NCBI GenBank assembly: GCA_965218095.1
Contig: OZ244587.1
Coordinates: 5,760,001-5,824,000, forward strand
Direction of reading: 5' to 3'
Origin: Candidatus Poribacteria bacterium
GTDB taxonomy: Bacteria > Poribacteria > WGA-4E > PCPOR2b
Length of the DNA stretch: 64,000 bases
The translations under genes were made by a program, and so were the position numbers. Numbering within the stretch: position 1 is the stretch's first letter; each line of letters begins with the position of its first letter. A model generated the notes under the pieces. The model saw only the letters and a program-made list of their open reading frames with translations. It was not told where the DNA came from and did not search any database. Shown piece by piece: positions 29,454 through 40,042 of the stretch.

Positions 29454-29561
29454 TATGCTTCACTTAATCTTTACCGCATGAATGTTTACGCGCCTCAAAA
29501 AAGAAGCAAATAACAACCACAGACAAAAATTCAAACTTCAAACTGAGTTCAGGAAGAAAAC

Positions 29562-30356
29562 ATGAAGCGGTTAAACCTTATTCTAACCTTATGCAGTCTA
29601 TGGGTCATTCCCGTGGCTGTGTTTGCTCAGGAGGCAACAACGGGGAGCGTACGGGGACATGTCATTGACGCTTCAACGACGCAACTCCCAATTGAAGGGG
29701 TCCGAGTTGTTATCGTCAGTGTTGACGGTCTCGAAAATGAAGCAGAGACAGATAGCAATGGTGAATACGAGATAATCGGGTTGGTTCCCGGCCGTTACCT
29801 AATGAGTGTTTATAAAAAGGGTTACCGGGGATGTAGAGGCAAACCGGTCACAGTTATCGCCGGTGGCACCCACTACGTGCCGATGAAAATAGCTGAATAT
29901 GCAACGACGGGGACAGTTCGTGGTCATGTTGACACCCCAACGGCGCTGCAACTCCCAATTGAAGGGGTCCGAGTTGTTATCGTCGGCGTTGACAGTCTCG
30001 AAAATGAAGCAGAGACAGATAGCAACGGTAAATTTGAGCTCGCTGGCTTGGCTCCCGGCCGTTACCTGGTGAGTATTTATAAAGAGGGTTACCGAGACCG
30101 TGTCGGCAAACCGGTCACGGTTATTGCCGGTGGCAACCACTACATACCGCTGAAAATGACCAAAAAGGAAACCTTCATCACCTTCTTGAAGAAGCAATTC
30201 GGTGACGACGACGATGCGCCACCGGAAATGACCGAAAATGAGACTCCCAAATCTCAGAAGAAGAAATTCAGCTTTCTGCCTTGGCTGCTGCTTCTCTGTT
30301 TAGCGGTCGTTGTGGGCTTTATCATTGGTCGTCAAACCGGTCGCCGTTCAGACTAA
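29562..30356 (+). CDS. Exported protein with two tandem carboxypeptidase-regulatory-like domains and C-terminal TM anchor
   Basis: Signal peptide VFA|Q; two near-identical ~90-aa repeats (TTG.VRGHV...TDSNG.YE..GL.PGRY...YK.GY); TM followed by a basic tail. Confidence 0.85.
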   Translation: MKRLNLILTLCSLWVIPVAVFAQEATTGSVRGHVIDASTTQLPIEGVRVVIVSVDGLENEAETDSNGEYEIIGLVPGRYLMSVYKKGYRGCRGKPVTVIAGGTHYVPMKIAEYATTGTVRGHVDTPTALQLPIEGVRVVIVGVDSLENEAETDSNGKFELAGLAPGRYLVSIYKEGYRDRVGKPVTVIAGGNHYIPLKMTKKETFITFLKKQFGDDDDAPPEMTENETPKSQKKKFSFLPWLLLLCLAVVVGFIIGRQTGRRSD

Positions 30357-30397
30357 CGAAGACTGTGCAGCCGACTCGCCGCAGGGGCTCCTTCGCC

Positions 30398-31294
30398 ATG
30401 AACAACACCCAATCTACCCAATCCGCCTTCGATAGCGAATTTCTGAAAAAACTGGAATATCTCTACATCGTCTCCAAGAAAATTTTTGCGGGGCGTATTA
30501 AAGCCGAGCGCCGCAGCACACGACGCGGCGTCAGTGTGGAGTTCGCCGATTACCGCAACTACACCGCCGGAGACGATTTCCGCTATATCGACTGGAACGC
30601 TTTCGCCCGCTTAGACGAACTCCTGCTGAAACTTTATGAAGAGAAGGAAGACCTGCATATCTACTTTCTCGTTGATGCAAGCCAGTCAATGGCCTGCGGT
30701 GAACCGCAGAAATTGCTCTACGCCAAGCGCGTGGCTGCGGCGCTTGCCTATATCGGCCTGTCCAACTTAGACCGTGTCAGCATCACCGCTTTCACAGATC
30801 GAGATCTGAATCGGTTGCCGACCGAGCGTGGGAAGGGAAAAATCTTCACAGTGCTTGACTTCCTCGATCGGATCGATGGCACCGGCGAAACCTATCTGGA
30901 AAGCGCCTTCCGCAATTTTGTGCATACAACGAAACGACGCGGGCTGATTGTGCTGATCTCCGATCTCTTTGATCCGCGTGGGTTCACCAACGGGTTGAAC
31001 GTGTTAAAATTTCAGAAACATGACCTGTTCTTGATTCACATCATTGACGAAAGAGAAGCCGATCCCAATTTGCGAGGCGATTACCATCTCGTTGATGTCG
31101 AGACGGAGCACCTCCGCCCGGTGACCATCAACGAAAGCCACCTCAAACGCTACAAGGCGTTGTTCCAGCAGTATTGCGATGACCTTAAGCGTTACTGCGT
31201 TCAACGCGAAATCGGTTTCATTCGGACAACCACCCAATTGCCCTTCGATGAACTAATCTTGCGCATCTTTCGGATGGGTGGGTTTGTGTCTTAA
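30398..31294 (+). CDS. DUF58 family protein (MoxR partner)
   Basis: GVSVEFADYRNYTAGDDFRYIDWNAFAR; VDASQSM; LISDLFD. Confidence 0.92.
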   Translation: MNNTQSTQSAFDSEFLKKLEYLYIVSKKIFAGRIKAERRSTRRGVSVEFADYRNYTAGDDFRYIDWNAFARLDELLLKLYEEKEDLHIYFLVDASQSMACGEPQKLLYAKRVAAALAYIGLSNLDRVSITAFTDRDLNRLPTERGKGKIFTVLDFLDRIDGTGETYLESAFRNFVHTTKRRGLIVLISDLFDPRGFTNGLNVLKFQKHDLFLIHIIDEREADPNLRGDYHLVDVETEHLRPVTINESHLKRYKALFQQYCDDLKRYCVQREIGFIRTTTQLPFDELILRIFRMGGFVS

Positions 31295-31303
31295 CGGAAC
31301 GCC

Positions 31304-33169
31304 ATGAACTTCCTATCGCCAACCGCATTCCTGCTATTCGGCCTCGCGGCACCAATTGTTATGCTTTATATCCTCAAATTACGCCGTCGCCGCGAACCGG
31401 TTTCCACCCTAATGTTTTGGGAACAGATCTTCAAAGAGAAACAGACGACCTCCCTGTTTCAAAAATTGAAGCATCTGTTGTCCCTTCTGCTGCAGCTGCT
31501 GTTCCTTACACTTTTAGTCCTTGCACTTGCCCGACCACAGTTCGCCTTCATGGCGAAATCGGCGCGGCAGATTATTTTGATTCTTGATCATTCCGCGAGC
31601 ATGAATACCGTTGATGGGACTCTCTCGCGTTTGGCGTTAGCCAAGCAGCAGGCATTGCGCATGGTAGATAACCTCCGCTTTATCGATGAAATGATGGTAG
31701 TTAGCTGCCACACCCAACCCGTGATTCACAGCCCGTTCACCAATCATCAGAAATCGCTACGCCACGCCATCAAATCGATTGCTCCCACAGATGTGAAAAC
31801 AGACCTCCAGCCGGCGTTGGTGGTCGCCCATTCTGTGGCGCAGACCAAGCCTAACCCGGAAATTGTCATCTTCAGCGATTTTCATCAGATCTCCGATGCG
31901 CTCCTCACACAACTCAAAAATTCACCTTCAGACACGAAGGTTCATCTGTTGTCAGTCAATCTCGGCGCGGAGAGGAATGTCGGCATTACACAGTTTCGGG
32001 TGCGGAAGAGTCTCGTCAACGCCTTTGATTACCAGACCTTGTTGACAGTTATCAATGCTTCAGTCCAAGAGGAGTCCTTCAACGTCGAACTTTATCTCAA
32101 CGACGCACTTCTGGATGTCCGTCCTTACACCCTCGCGCCCGGCGAGAGTAAATCCGAGCTCTTTGCCAATTTTACCCCGGAGGGCGGCAGGCTAAAAGCC
32201 GTGTTAGATGTGGAAGATGCGCTATCTACCGACAACGTTGCTTACGCCGCGCTGCCAAAGCGTGAGCAAATTCCTGTCTTGCTTGTCACCCCTAACCACC
32301 CATTCCTCGAAAATGCGCTCGCTGTTGATGAAAAATTGGATCTGACCATCGTTGCTCCAGACCGGTACGACCCCGGTGTGGTGGGGTATGACGTTATCAT
32401 TTTCGACCGTTATAATCCACCAACGCTCGGCGATGGCAACTATATGTTCATCTATCCTCCGAAAGAAGGGGCAATTTGGCCGATCGGCGAATCGCTGGAG
32501 ACGCCGATCATTACAGAGTGGGAGCGTGAACACCCCATTCTACGCTATGTCCGTCTGGATAATGTCCAGATAACCGAAGCGTATCAGGTCAAAGTCCCGG
32601 CTACGGCGAGTGTGCTTGTCCGTTCATTTGAAGACCCTTTGCTGATTGTTGAGGAGGCACCGAATCGAAGAATCGTTTTTGTTGCCATTGATACCCTAAA
32701 ATCTGACTTGCCCTTGCGCATCGCTTTTCCGCTGATCGTTGCGAATACGATTCAGTGGTTTCAGGGGAAATCGGAGATTGAAGAATATCATCTTCAGGCG
32801 GGGGAAATTCTGAAAAAACGGATCGACGAAGCCTCCGCAATTGAAAGCGTGACGATCGTGGGACCGGCGGGGAAGTCGTGGGAGATTCCTGTTGAAAGGG
32901 ATGAACTTCTCTTTGATGAAACCTCAGTGGCGGGGTTCTATGAACTAAAGATCGGCAAACGCGAGGAGGTTTGGGCGGTCAATCTCACGGACGAGTCGGA
33001 GACAAAGATTGGCGTAACGCCATCCATTGAAAACCTGTTGGGCGAGGAAGCGGCCGTGCTCGGTGGTTCCGGGCTGCTGCGTTATCCGCCGTGGATTTAT
33101 CTGGTTTTCTTCGCGGTTATGTTAAGCGCTGTCGAATGGTTTCTATATCAGCGGAGGCGGATTGACTAA
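31304..33169 (+). CDS. BatA (aerotolerance regulator N-terminal) + vWA domain membrane protein
   Basis: MNFLSP..FLL...PIVMLYILK; LALARP; MIDAS LDHSASM; FSD; C-terminal TM with EWFLY. Confidence 0.9.
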   Translation: MNFLSPTAFLLFGLAAPIVMLYILKLRRRREPVSTLMFWEQIFKEKQTTSLFQKLKHLLSLLLQLLFLTLLVLALARPQFAFMAKSARQIILILDHSASMNTVDGTLSRLALAKQQALRMVDNLRFIDEMMVVSCHTQPVIHSPFTNHQKSLRHAIKSIAPTDVKTDLQPALVVAHSVAQTKPNPEIVIFSDFHQISDALLTQLKNSPSDTKVHLLSVNLGAERNVGITQFRVRKSLVNAFDYQTLLTVINASVQEESFNVELYLNDALLDVRPYTLAPGESKSELFANFTPEGGRLKAVLDVEDALSTDNVAYAALPKREQIPVLLVTPNHPFLENALAVDEKLDLTIVAPDRYDPGVVGYDVIIFDRYNPPTLGDGNYMFIYPPKEGAIWPIGESLETPIITEWEREHPILRYVRLDNVQITEAYQVKVPATASVLVRSFEDPLLIVEEAPNRRIVFVAIDTLKSDLPLRIAFPLIVANTIQWFQGKSEIEEYHLQAGEILKKRIDEASAIESVTIVGPAGKSWEIPVERDELLFDETSVAGFYELKIGKREEVWAVNLTDESETKIGVTPSIENLLGEEAAVLGGSGLLRYPPWIYLVFFAVMLSAVEWFLYQRRRID

Positions 33170-33170
33170 T

Positions 33171-35756
33171 ATGGAAATCGCCCGTCCCTTCACACTTCTG
33201 CTACTTTTCCTGATACCCCTCCTTTATTACGGCCATCGCCGAAGCCTCGTCGATCTATCACTGCCTCAACGCATCGTCAGCCTGATTCTGCGGGCGCTCA
33301 TTATCGTCCTACTCATCTTCAGCCTTGCCGGCGTCCAATATCTAACGCCCGATGCAAAATTGGCAGTGATTTTCCTTGCGGACGTTTCAGATAGTATCTC
33401 AGAGGAGGGACTAAAGCGAGCGCAGAAGTACATTGACGACGCGATGGATAGCCGAAGCGACCAGCAAGTGGGTGTGATGGCTTTCATGGAGGAAACACAG
33501 GTGATTCGGGGGTTTCAGTCGAAATCCGAGGCGGTGTTAGATCTCGCTGAAATCAAAGCAGACTGGCTCAAGGAAGACGAAAGCGCAGGGGATGCCACAA
33601 ACATCGCTCAAGCGATTGAGACGGCATGGGGCATTTTTCCTGCAGATTCCAACAAGCGTATTGTTCTGATTAGCGATGGTGTTGAGACACGCGATGATGT
33701 GCTTCGCGCCGGATTGCGTGGGAAAACCTTTGGTGTACAGATCGACACCGTGCCCATCCTCCCCAGCGATGCCCCCGAAGTCATGATTGAGCGCATTGAT
33801 GCACCGGTGCAGGTCAAGCAGGGAGAACCGTTCTATTTAGAGGTCTTTGTCCACAGCAATCACGAGGATTTCGCGGAGATACGACTTCACAAAAATAAGT
33901 TTGAGGTGGCGAGGCAGGAGGTCCGGCTAGAGGTGGGTGAAAATCGAATTCGTTTCTCTCAGATCGCGACCGAGAGCGGCATGCTGACCTACGATGCGGT
34001 TTGTGCGCCAACGCAGGACACCCGTTACGACAATAACCACGCACTCGGCATTGTTGTCGCTTCTGGCAGGCCCAGGGTGCTCCTGATCGACGAGAACGAA
34101 TCACAAGCCCGCTATCTGGCGCGCGTCCTTGAAGACGCGGAGATTCAGGTGAATGTCCGCAACGGCTTGGGCGTCCCCAACGAATTATCCGACCTACAGA
34201 ACTACGATTTGGTAATCTTCAGCGATGTCCCTGCCAATCGCCTAAATCAGAAGCAGATGGAACTGATTCGCACCTACGTCCAAGACCTCGGCGGCGGATT
34301 CATGATGCTGGGGAGTGAAAACAGCTTTGGACTCGGCGGTTACTACAAAACCCCGATCGAGGAGATTTTGCCCGTCCGCACAGATACAGAGAAAAAGAAG
34401 GAAACGCCGAGCATTGCGATGGTGCTGGTCATTGACAAATCGGGAAGTATGGGAGGAATAAAGATCGAACTGGCGAAAGAAGCGGCACGTGCAACGGTTG
34501 AACTCCTCGGCCGACGTGATAAAATTGGCGTCATCGCCTTTGACGGCTCGCCCCACTGGATTACGGAAATACACACCGCTTCCGACAAACTCTATCTCTC
34601 CGATCAGATTGGGTCGCTCAGCGCAGGCGGCGGTACGAATCTTTATCCTGCACTCCAGCAGGCATATCTCGCCTTGACTGAGACCACTGCGAAACTCAAA
34701 CACGTCATTGTGCTGAGCGACGGTCATTCACAGCCGGGCGATTGGTACGGTATCGTCAATTCGATGCGTGCCGAGCGGATGACCGTTTCCGCCGTTGGCA
34801 TCGGTAGCGGTGCCGACATGAATCTGCTGTCTAACATCGCCAATTGGGGCGGCGGCCGTGAATACTTCACGCAGGACGCTTATAACATCCCACAGATCTT
34901 TGCTAAAGAAACTGTTACTGCCTCCAAATCCGCTATCATTGATGAACCGTTTATCCCGCAGATCATTAAACTCACACAAGTCTTGCAGGGAATTGACCTC
35001 GAACTGGCACCTTTTCTGCTCGGCTATGTTTCGACCCAACCAAGGCCGACCGCCGAAGTCTTCCTTGTCTCAGATCGCGGCGACCCGTTGTTAGCTAGCT
35101 GGCAGTATGGCTTGGGTAAATCCGTCGCCTTTACTTCGGACGCCAAGGCACGATGGGCGGCAGATTGGTTGGAATGGGCGGGCTTCGGCAAGTTTTGGAC
35201 ACAATTGGTACGCGACACCATGCGCAAATCAACAGCCAGCAACTTTCAGGCTCAAATCGAACAGGAAAAGGGGACCGCGCATCTCACCATTGACGCCCTG
35301 AACGAGGCCGGGGATTTTCTGAACAACCTCGAAAGCGATATCTCCCTGATTCCTCCGAATTTGAAAAAGAAGCAACTCAACATCACACAGATGGCGCCGG
35401 GCAAGTATGAGATCGATTTTGCCGTCAACGAGATGGGGGCGTATTTTGTCAACATCATGCAGAAACAACACGGCAAATCGGTTAACACACAAGTCACCGG
35501 CACCGTTGTTTCCTATCCTGATGAATATCTCATCCATCGCGCCGACGAAACCCTCCTGAAGCAGCTTGCGTCTACCTCCGGTGGGAAGTTCGCGCCCTCG
35601 CCACAAAATGCGTTTCGCGCACCTGAACATCCGGTCGTCCACCGCGTTCATCTCTGGCGACCGCTGCTTACCATCGTTGCGTTTCTGCTGCTAGCTGACA
35701 TTGCATTGCGCCGAATTAATCTGACGAGAGAGAAACGGACAGATAGAACGATTTAA
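33171..35756 (+). CDS. Double-vWA protein with glutamine-amidotransferase-like domain
   Basis: DVSDSI and IDKSGSM MIDAS motifs; LQNYDLVIFSDVPA...GGGFMMLG; PLLASWQYGLGK.VAFTSD; C-terminal TM. Confidence 0.88.
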   Translation: MEIARPFTLLLLFLIPLLYYGHRRSLVDLSLPQRIVSLILRALIIVLLIFSLAGVQYLTPDAKLAVIFLADVSDSISEEGLKRAQKYIDDAMDSRSDQQVGVMAFMEETQVIRGFQSKSEAVLDLAEIKADWLKEDESAGDATNIAQAIETAWGIFPADSNKRIVLISDGVETRDDVLRAGLRGKTFGVQIDTVPILPSDAPEVMIERIDAPVQVKQGEPFYLEVFVHSNHEDFAEIRLHKNKFEVARQEVRLEVGENRIRFSQIATESGMLTYDAVCAPTQDTRYDNNHALGIVVASGRPRVLLIDENESQARYLARVLEDAEIQVNVRNGLGVPNELSDLQNYDLVIFSDVPANRLNQKQMELIRTYVQDLGGGFMMLGSENSFGLGGYYKTPIEEILPVRTDTEKKKETPSIAMVLVIDKSGSMGGIKIELAKEAARATVELLGRRDKIGVIAFDGSPHWITEIHTASDKLYLSDQIGSLSAGGGTNLYPALQQAYLALTETTAKLKHVIVLSDGHSQPGDWYGIVNSMRAERMTVSAVGIGSGADMNLLSNIANWGGGREYFTQDAYNIPQIFAKETVTASKSAIIDEPFIPQIIKLTQVLQGIDLELAPFLLGYVSTQPRPTAEVFLVSDRGDPLLASWQYGLGKSVAFTSDAKARWAADWLEWAGFGKFWTQLVRDTMRKSTASNFQAQIEQEKGTAHLTIDALNEAGDFLNNLESDISLIPPNLKKKQLNITQMAPGKYEIDFAVNEMGAYFVNIMQKQHGKSVNTQVTGTVVSYPDEYLIHRADETLLKQLASTSGGKFAPSPQNAFRAPEHPVVHRVHLWRPLLTIVAFLLLADIALRRINLTREKRTDRTI

Positions 35757-36350
35757 CGGAAAATCGTGGTATGGTGGTACTCGCTGTCTCAAGCAGGTTT
35801 GCGCCGCTGCCAATAGTTGGTCAGAAGAGATTGAAGATTGACCTCACGAATGAATTCGGGCCTTGCTTTTCTGTCAATAATATGTCGTGCAGCGACGAAC
35901 TGCGTTGATAGAGTGTTCCACCCTTAACCCTTTCAAGGGTCATTAATGATCCTTTTCTTTGCTCAATGTAGGGCTTTGCAACCGTGGATCTGCGATACAT
36001 TGCTGACCAATACAGTTTCTCGTCAGAACGGCATTGGTCAAACCATTTCTGCAGACGGCAACCTAAGTTTCTAACTTGGCATCAAACACCGGACCAAGAT
36101 AGAATTTTGGGCCACGACTGGATCGGCGATTAATTTGTCAACACACCCTGGATAATCCGTTAATTCTGTGAATCCGTGCTATCAATCAAGTTTAGAGTCG
36201 CCACCGATGTGTCATCTACTTATCGGTAACCTGGTTCAAGTCGTTATGAGCCAAGAAGAATGGAAGGACGGAAGAACAATAGGAAATGAGTCTAGGCGTT
36301 CATGAGTTCATTTATGTTTTATGCATTACGCATCACGGAGGAGAATTTAT

Positions 36351-39062
36351 ATGTCAGACCGATACAATTTTCACGATGTTGGAAGACTTCCGGCACCGGC
36401 TGATAACGTGGCAATTGCCACACGAAGAATAGATGCCGGCGCGGAGATTAACTACAATGGTAATAGTTTCACCATATCTCATACGATCTTAGAGGGACAC
36501 CGATTCGCCCTCAAACTAATTCTAGCGGGCGAACCGCTGCTCTCATGGGGGTTGCCTTTCGGCGTCGCAATCGCTGACATCCGCCCCGGCGACTATGCCT
36601 GCAACCAGAAGATCCTTGATGCCCTTGCGATAAGGAATATTGATTTTGTGCTGCCATCGCGTCCAAACTTCAAGGATCAGATCGCCCCCTATATCCTTGA
36701 TGAAGACGTATTTCAGTCGGGTGAACAAGTTCCCCGATATGACCACGACAGAGCTTTTCTTGGTTATTACAGGGAAGGCGGCCGAGGCGTTGGGACGCGA
36801 AATTATATCGTGATTATGGGAACGACCTCTCGAACCTCCGGTTATGCAAAAGCGTTGGCCGATCGGTTTAAGGGCGTTGCAGCGGATTATGAAAACATTG
36901 ATGGTATCGTTGCTGTGACGCACACCGAAGGCGGGGAAAGCACAACACCTAATAATCTTGAAATGTTGCTGCGGACACTTGCCGGCTTTACGGTTCACTC
37001 CAATATCGGGGCGATATTGGCAGTCGATTACAGCGCTGAACCCGTGACAAATCAGTTGCTTCAGCGTTATATGGCTGAACATCACTATTCACTGGAGGCT
37101 GTGCCGCATCAATTTCTCAGCATACAAGGAGGTTTTGATGCCAGTTTGGACAAAGGTGAGACAATCATCAAAGGTTGGTTAAAACCGGTAAACGCCATAG
37201 AGCGCACCGAGGAATCTCTTTCCAACCTGAAGATCGCGCTTCAGTGCGGCGGCTCAGACGCATTTTCGGGGGTGTCGGGCAACCCGTTAGCGGCTTACGT
37301 TGCGAAACAAGTCATCCGTTACAGCGGCGCTACCAACCTCGCGGAAACTGATGAGCTTATTGGCGCCGAGCCATATCTGCTTCAGAACGTGAAAGATTTT
37401 GAAACCGCTCAACAGTTCTTAGGCACCATTGAGCAGTTTAAGGAGCGGGCGCGTTGGCACGGTCATACCGCTGAAGCCAATCCATCTGGCGGGAATAATT
37501 TTCGAGGGTTATACAATATCGTCATCAAATCAATTGGGGCTGCGATGAAACGTGATCCGGAGGTGTGTTTGGATTACGTCATTGATTACGGAGAGCGCAT
37601 GCTTAAGCCGGGTTACTACTTTATGGATAGCCCTGGAAATGACCTTGAGAGTATCGCAGGACAGGTCGCTTCCGGTTCAAACATGATCTTCTTTGTCACC
37701 GGCAATGGCTCGATTACCAACTTCCCCTTTGTGCCAACAATCAAGATTGTCACTACCACCGGGCGCTACAACCTGTTGAAAAACGATATGGATGTCAACG
37801 CCGGCGCCTACCAGGATGGTAGGCCAATGGAGGAATTAGGGCAGGAGATGCTCGATCTCACCGTTGATGTTGCCTCTGGCGAGCGATCCGTCGGGGAGAA
37901 GGCAGGACATTCGCAGGTGTCGATCTGGCGGAATTGGAAGCAGACGGCTCCCGTCGATCCAGCAACCATTCTTCCGATTAAAGCGCCTAACGGCGAACCA
38001 ATTCCGATTCGGATTGACGCCCCGCGGACGGATGTCGTCTTCAACGCAGTACAGACCGAAAGCGGTTATCGAAGTGATCAGATCGGGTTGATCCTCCCGA
38101 CCAGTTTATGCTCTGGACAAATCGCCCAGATGATTGCCGACCGGCTGAACCAACAAGGATTCGGATGCGAACAAGGGATTTCGCGCTATGTCGCGTTGGC
38201 GCACACGGAGGGATGCGGCGTATCGGGCGGAAATTCGGAGGATATCTATAGACGAACGCTTATCGGACATCTCATCCACCCAATGGTTGCGCTCGGCCTG
38301 CCCCTGGAGCACGGCTGCGAAAAGACTCACAACGACTACATGCGTCATGCGCTCACAGAACAGAGCATTCCGCTTGAACGATACGGGTGGGGGAGCGTGC
38401 AGTTAGACGGTGGCATTGACGCAGTCATCCAAAAGGTGGAGGATTGGTTCAGGAAGTCTCTGGAATCCATGCCTCGCCCGAATCACACTGATGTCGGTTT
38501 GGAACACCTTCGGGTTGGGGTCATGTCGAGCGGGAAAGTTACGGAAGCGGCGGCGCGGAGCCTGGCGCATCTCACTCAAACAATCGCTGGTGCAGGTGGG
38601 ACTATCGTCGTCCCTGCGAATGCGACCTTCTTGACTACTCCTGTCTATCTAGAAAATGTCCTCGGCGGTCAATCCTTGAGGAATACCCTCGCCTATGGTC
38701 AAAGTATCACCGACCCCGGATTTCACATCATGGAGACACCCACCGATCACGTCGTGGAAACATTAACAGGTTTGGGGGCGACAGGCGTCGATCTGATGTT
38801 CGCGCATGTTGTAGGGCATCCGCTTCAGGCGCACCGGATGATTCCGCTAATCCAAGCCACAACGGATGAGACCACGGGGGCAATCTATGTAGATGATCTC
38901 GATCTTTTGCCCGCGGACCCGGATTGGACGCCTGAAGGTTTTTCGGCGCAAATGCTGGAAGTCATCTTGCAGGTTGCCTCTCGTCGTTACACGCCCAGGC
39001 TCTATGGCAAGGGAAATACGGACTTCCAATTTACGCGGGGGTTGCTCGGCATCTCGATGTAA
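36351..39062 (+). CDS. uxaA: UxaA/GarD-family sugar-acid dehydratase (SAF domain) with internal duplication
   Basis: RBS GGAGGAG; DNVAIA, GHRFAL, GVGTRNY, LQCGGSDAFSGVSGNP, ETDELIGAE, NPSGGN, FVTGNGS; second partial copy from ~aa 575. Confidence 0.85.
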   Translation: MSDRYNFHDVGRLPAPADNVAIATRRIDAGAEINYNGNSFTISHTILEGHRFALKLILAGEPLLSWGLPFGVAIADIRPGDYACNQKILDALAIRNIDFVLPSRPNFKDQIAPYILDEDVFQSGEQVPRYDHDRAFLGYYREGGRGVGTRNYIVIMGTTSRTSGYAKALADRFKGVAADYENIDGIVAVTHTEGGESTTPNNLEMLLRTLAGFTVHSNIGAILAVDYSAEPVTNQLLQRYMAEHHYSLEAVPHQFLSIQGGFDASLDKGETIIKGWLKPVNAIERTEESLSNLKIALQCGGSDAFSGVSGNPLAAYVAKQVIRYSGATNLAETDELIGAEPYLLQNVKDFETAQQFLGTIEQFKERARWHGHTAEANPSGGNNFRGLYNIVIKSIGAAMKRDPEVCLDYVIDYGERMLKPGYYFMDSPGNDLESIAGQVASGSNMIFFVTGNGSITNFPFVPTIKIVTTTGRYNLLKNDMDVNAGAYQDGRPMEELGQEMLDLTVDVASGERSVGEKAGHSQVSIWRNWKQTAPVDPATILPIKAPNGEPIPIRIDAPRTDVVFNAVQTESGYRSDQIGLILPTSLCSGQIAQMIADRLNQQGFGCEQGISRYVALAHTEGCGVSGGNSEDIYRRTLIGHLIHPMVALGLPLEHGCEKTHNDYMRHALTEQSIPLERYGWGSVQLDGGIDAVIQKVEDWFRKSLESMPRPNHTDVGLEHLRVGVMSSGKVTEAAARSLAHLTQTIAGAGGTIVVPANATFLTTPVYLENVLGGQSLRNTLAYGQSITDPGFHIMETPTDHVVETLTGLGATGVDLMFAHVVGHPLQAHRMIPLIQATTDETTGAIYVDDLDLLPADPDWTPEGFSAQMLEVILQVASRRYTPRLYGKGNTDFQFTRGLLGISM

Positions 39063-39187
39063 TCTGCACATGATTTGCTTTCGTTCCTGACGTTGTTAGT
39101 GCGACCATAGAAATTCTCCACGCTCCCGTTCAAACGATTTTTCTGACTTCAGGGGAGCAGATCCGGTTGATTTTCATTTCCTATCCC

Positions 39188-40042
39188 TCATTCGCCAAAT
39201 TTCGGGGCATAAAACCGGTCCTGATATTCCCCACACGCTTTCTTTTTTTGGTACTCCCATTCATAAGGCGATTCGCGCATCCGTGTTGGGCCGTTCCGCA
39301 CATCGAATCCGATGTTAGCCGCCTTGGGATAGTGGCTATAAATCATCAGGCGGCGCGGTCTGTTGGAAGCATTCGGCCTGGAATTGTGAACTAGCAGGAC
39401 GTGAAAAAGCAGGACCGAACCCGCAGGCGCCAGTACATCGATGCCGTCATCGAAGTCAATGAGATGGGGAAGCACCTGCAAACCGTTGTCCGTAGGCTCA
39501 TGTTCGAGGTATTCCCTGTGGCTCCCCGGCCAGACATGGATAGGCCCGGAATCCTCCGTGCATTCGTCGAAGCAGATTGCCGAGGAGAGGATCGACTGTG
39601 GATAGTTTTGTGCGCGGTAGTACGCCCAATCGTTATGGACAGGGAAACGGTCATCGATCTTCTGGGCTTCGACAGCGGGTATTGGCTCTGGCAGTGGTTC
39701 CTTGTAGTTCAGCTTCTCCTCCATCAACACCGGTTCATCATTCATAACCTGCCGCATGGGCCCGAGTAATCGGTCATTATTTGAGACCTGAGTCAGGTAT
39801 AGTGAGAGATCATTAATTGGCTGGATTTTCCGAACCATCTGCTGACCATGGGAAAGTTCGAGGATATCCAGACGACTGCTTCTGCGCTGATTTGCCAACG
39901 AGGAATTGATGATGAGTTCAAGAATACGGTCTGCTTCTTCCCGCATCCTTTCAACCTCATCTGCTGTAAACGCTTCCGGCAAAACCAGATAGCCTTGTTC
40001 ATGAAATTGATCGAGTTGTTTTTTCGTTAACTCGGTGCCCAT
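39188..40042 (-). CDS. Phytanoyl-CoA dioxygenase (PhyH) family Fe(II)/2-oxoglutarate dioxygenase
   Basis: RBS AAGGAG; LT..QLDQFHEQGYLV; HxD (VHNDW); GP.HVWPGSH; distal His VHNS.PN...RR. Confidence 0.92.
   Translation of the reverse strand: MGTELTKKQLDQFHEQGYLVLPEAFTADEVERMREEADRILELIINSSLANQRRSSRLDILELSHGQQMVRKIQPINDLSLYLTQVSNNDRLLGPMRQVMNDEPVLMEEKLNYKEPLPEPIPAVEAQKIDDRFPVHNDWAYYRAQNYPQSILSSAICFDECTEDSGPIHVWPGSHREYLEHEPTDNGLQVLPHLIDFDDGIDVLAPAGSVLLFHVLLVHNSRPNASNRPRRLMIYSHYPKAANIGFDVRNGPTRMRESPYEWEYQKKKACGEYQDRFYAPKFGE

Noticed and set aside
29633-30160. Near-identical repeat pair as a DGR template/variable repeat
   Set aside because: Both copies are in-frame domains of one protein, differences are not adenine-specific, and no reverse transcriptase is present.
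35757-36350. 600-bp intergenic gap as possible ncRNA, riboswitch or IS remnant
   Set aside because: No recognisable RNA motif, terminal inverted repeats or protein similarity by eye.
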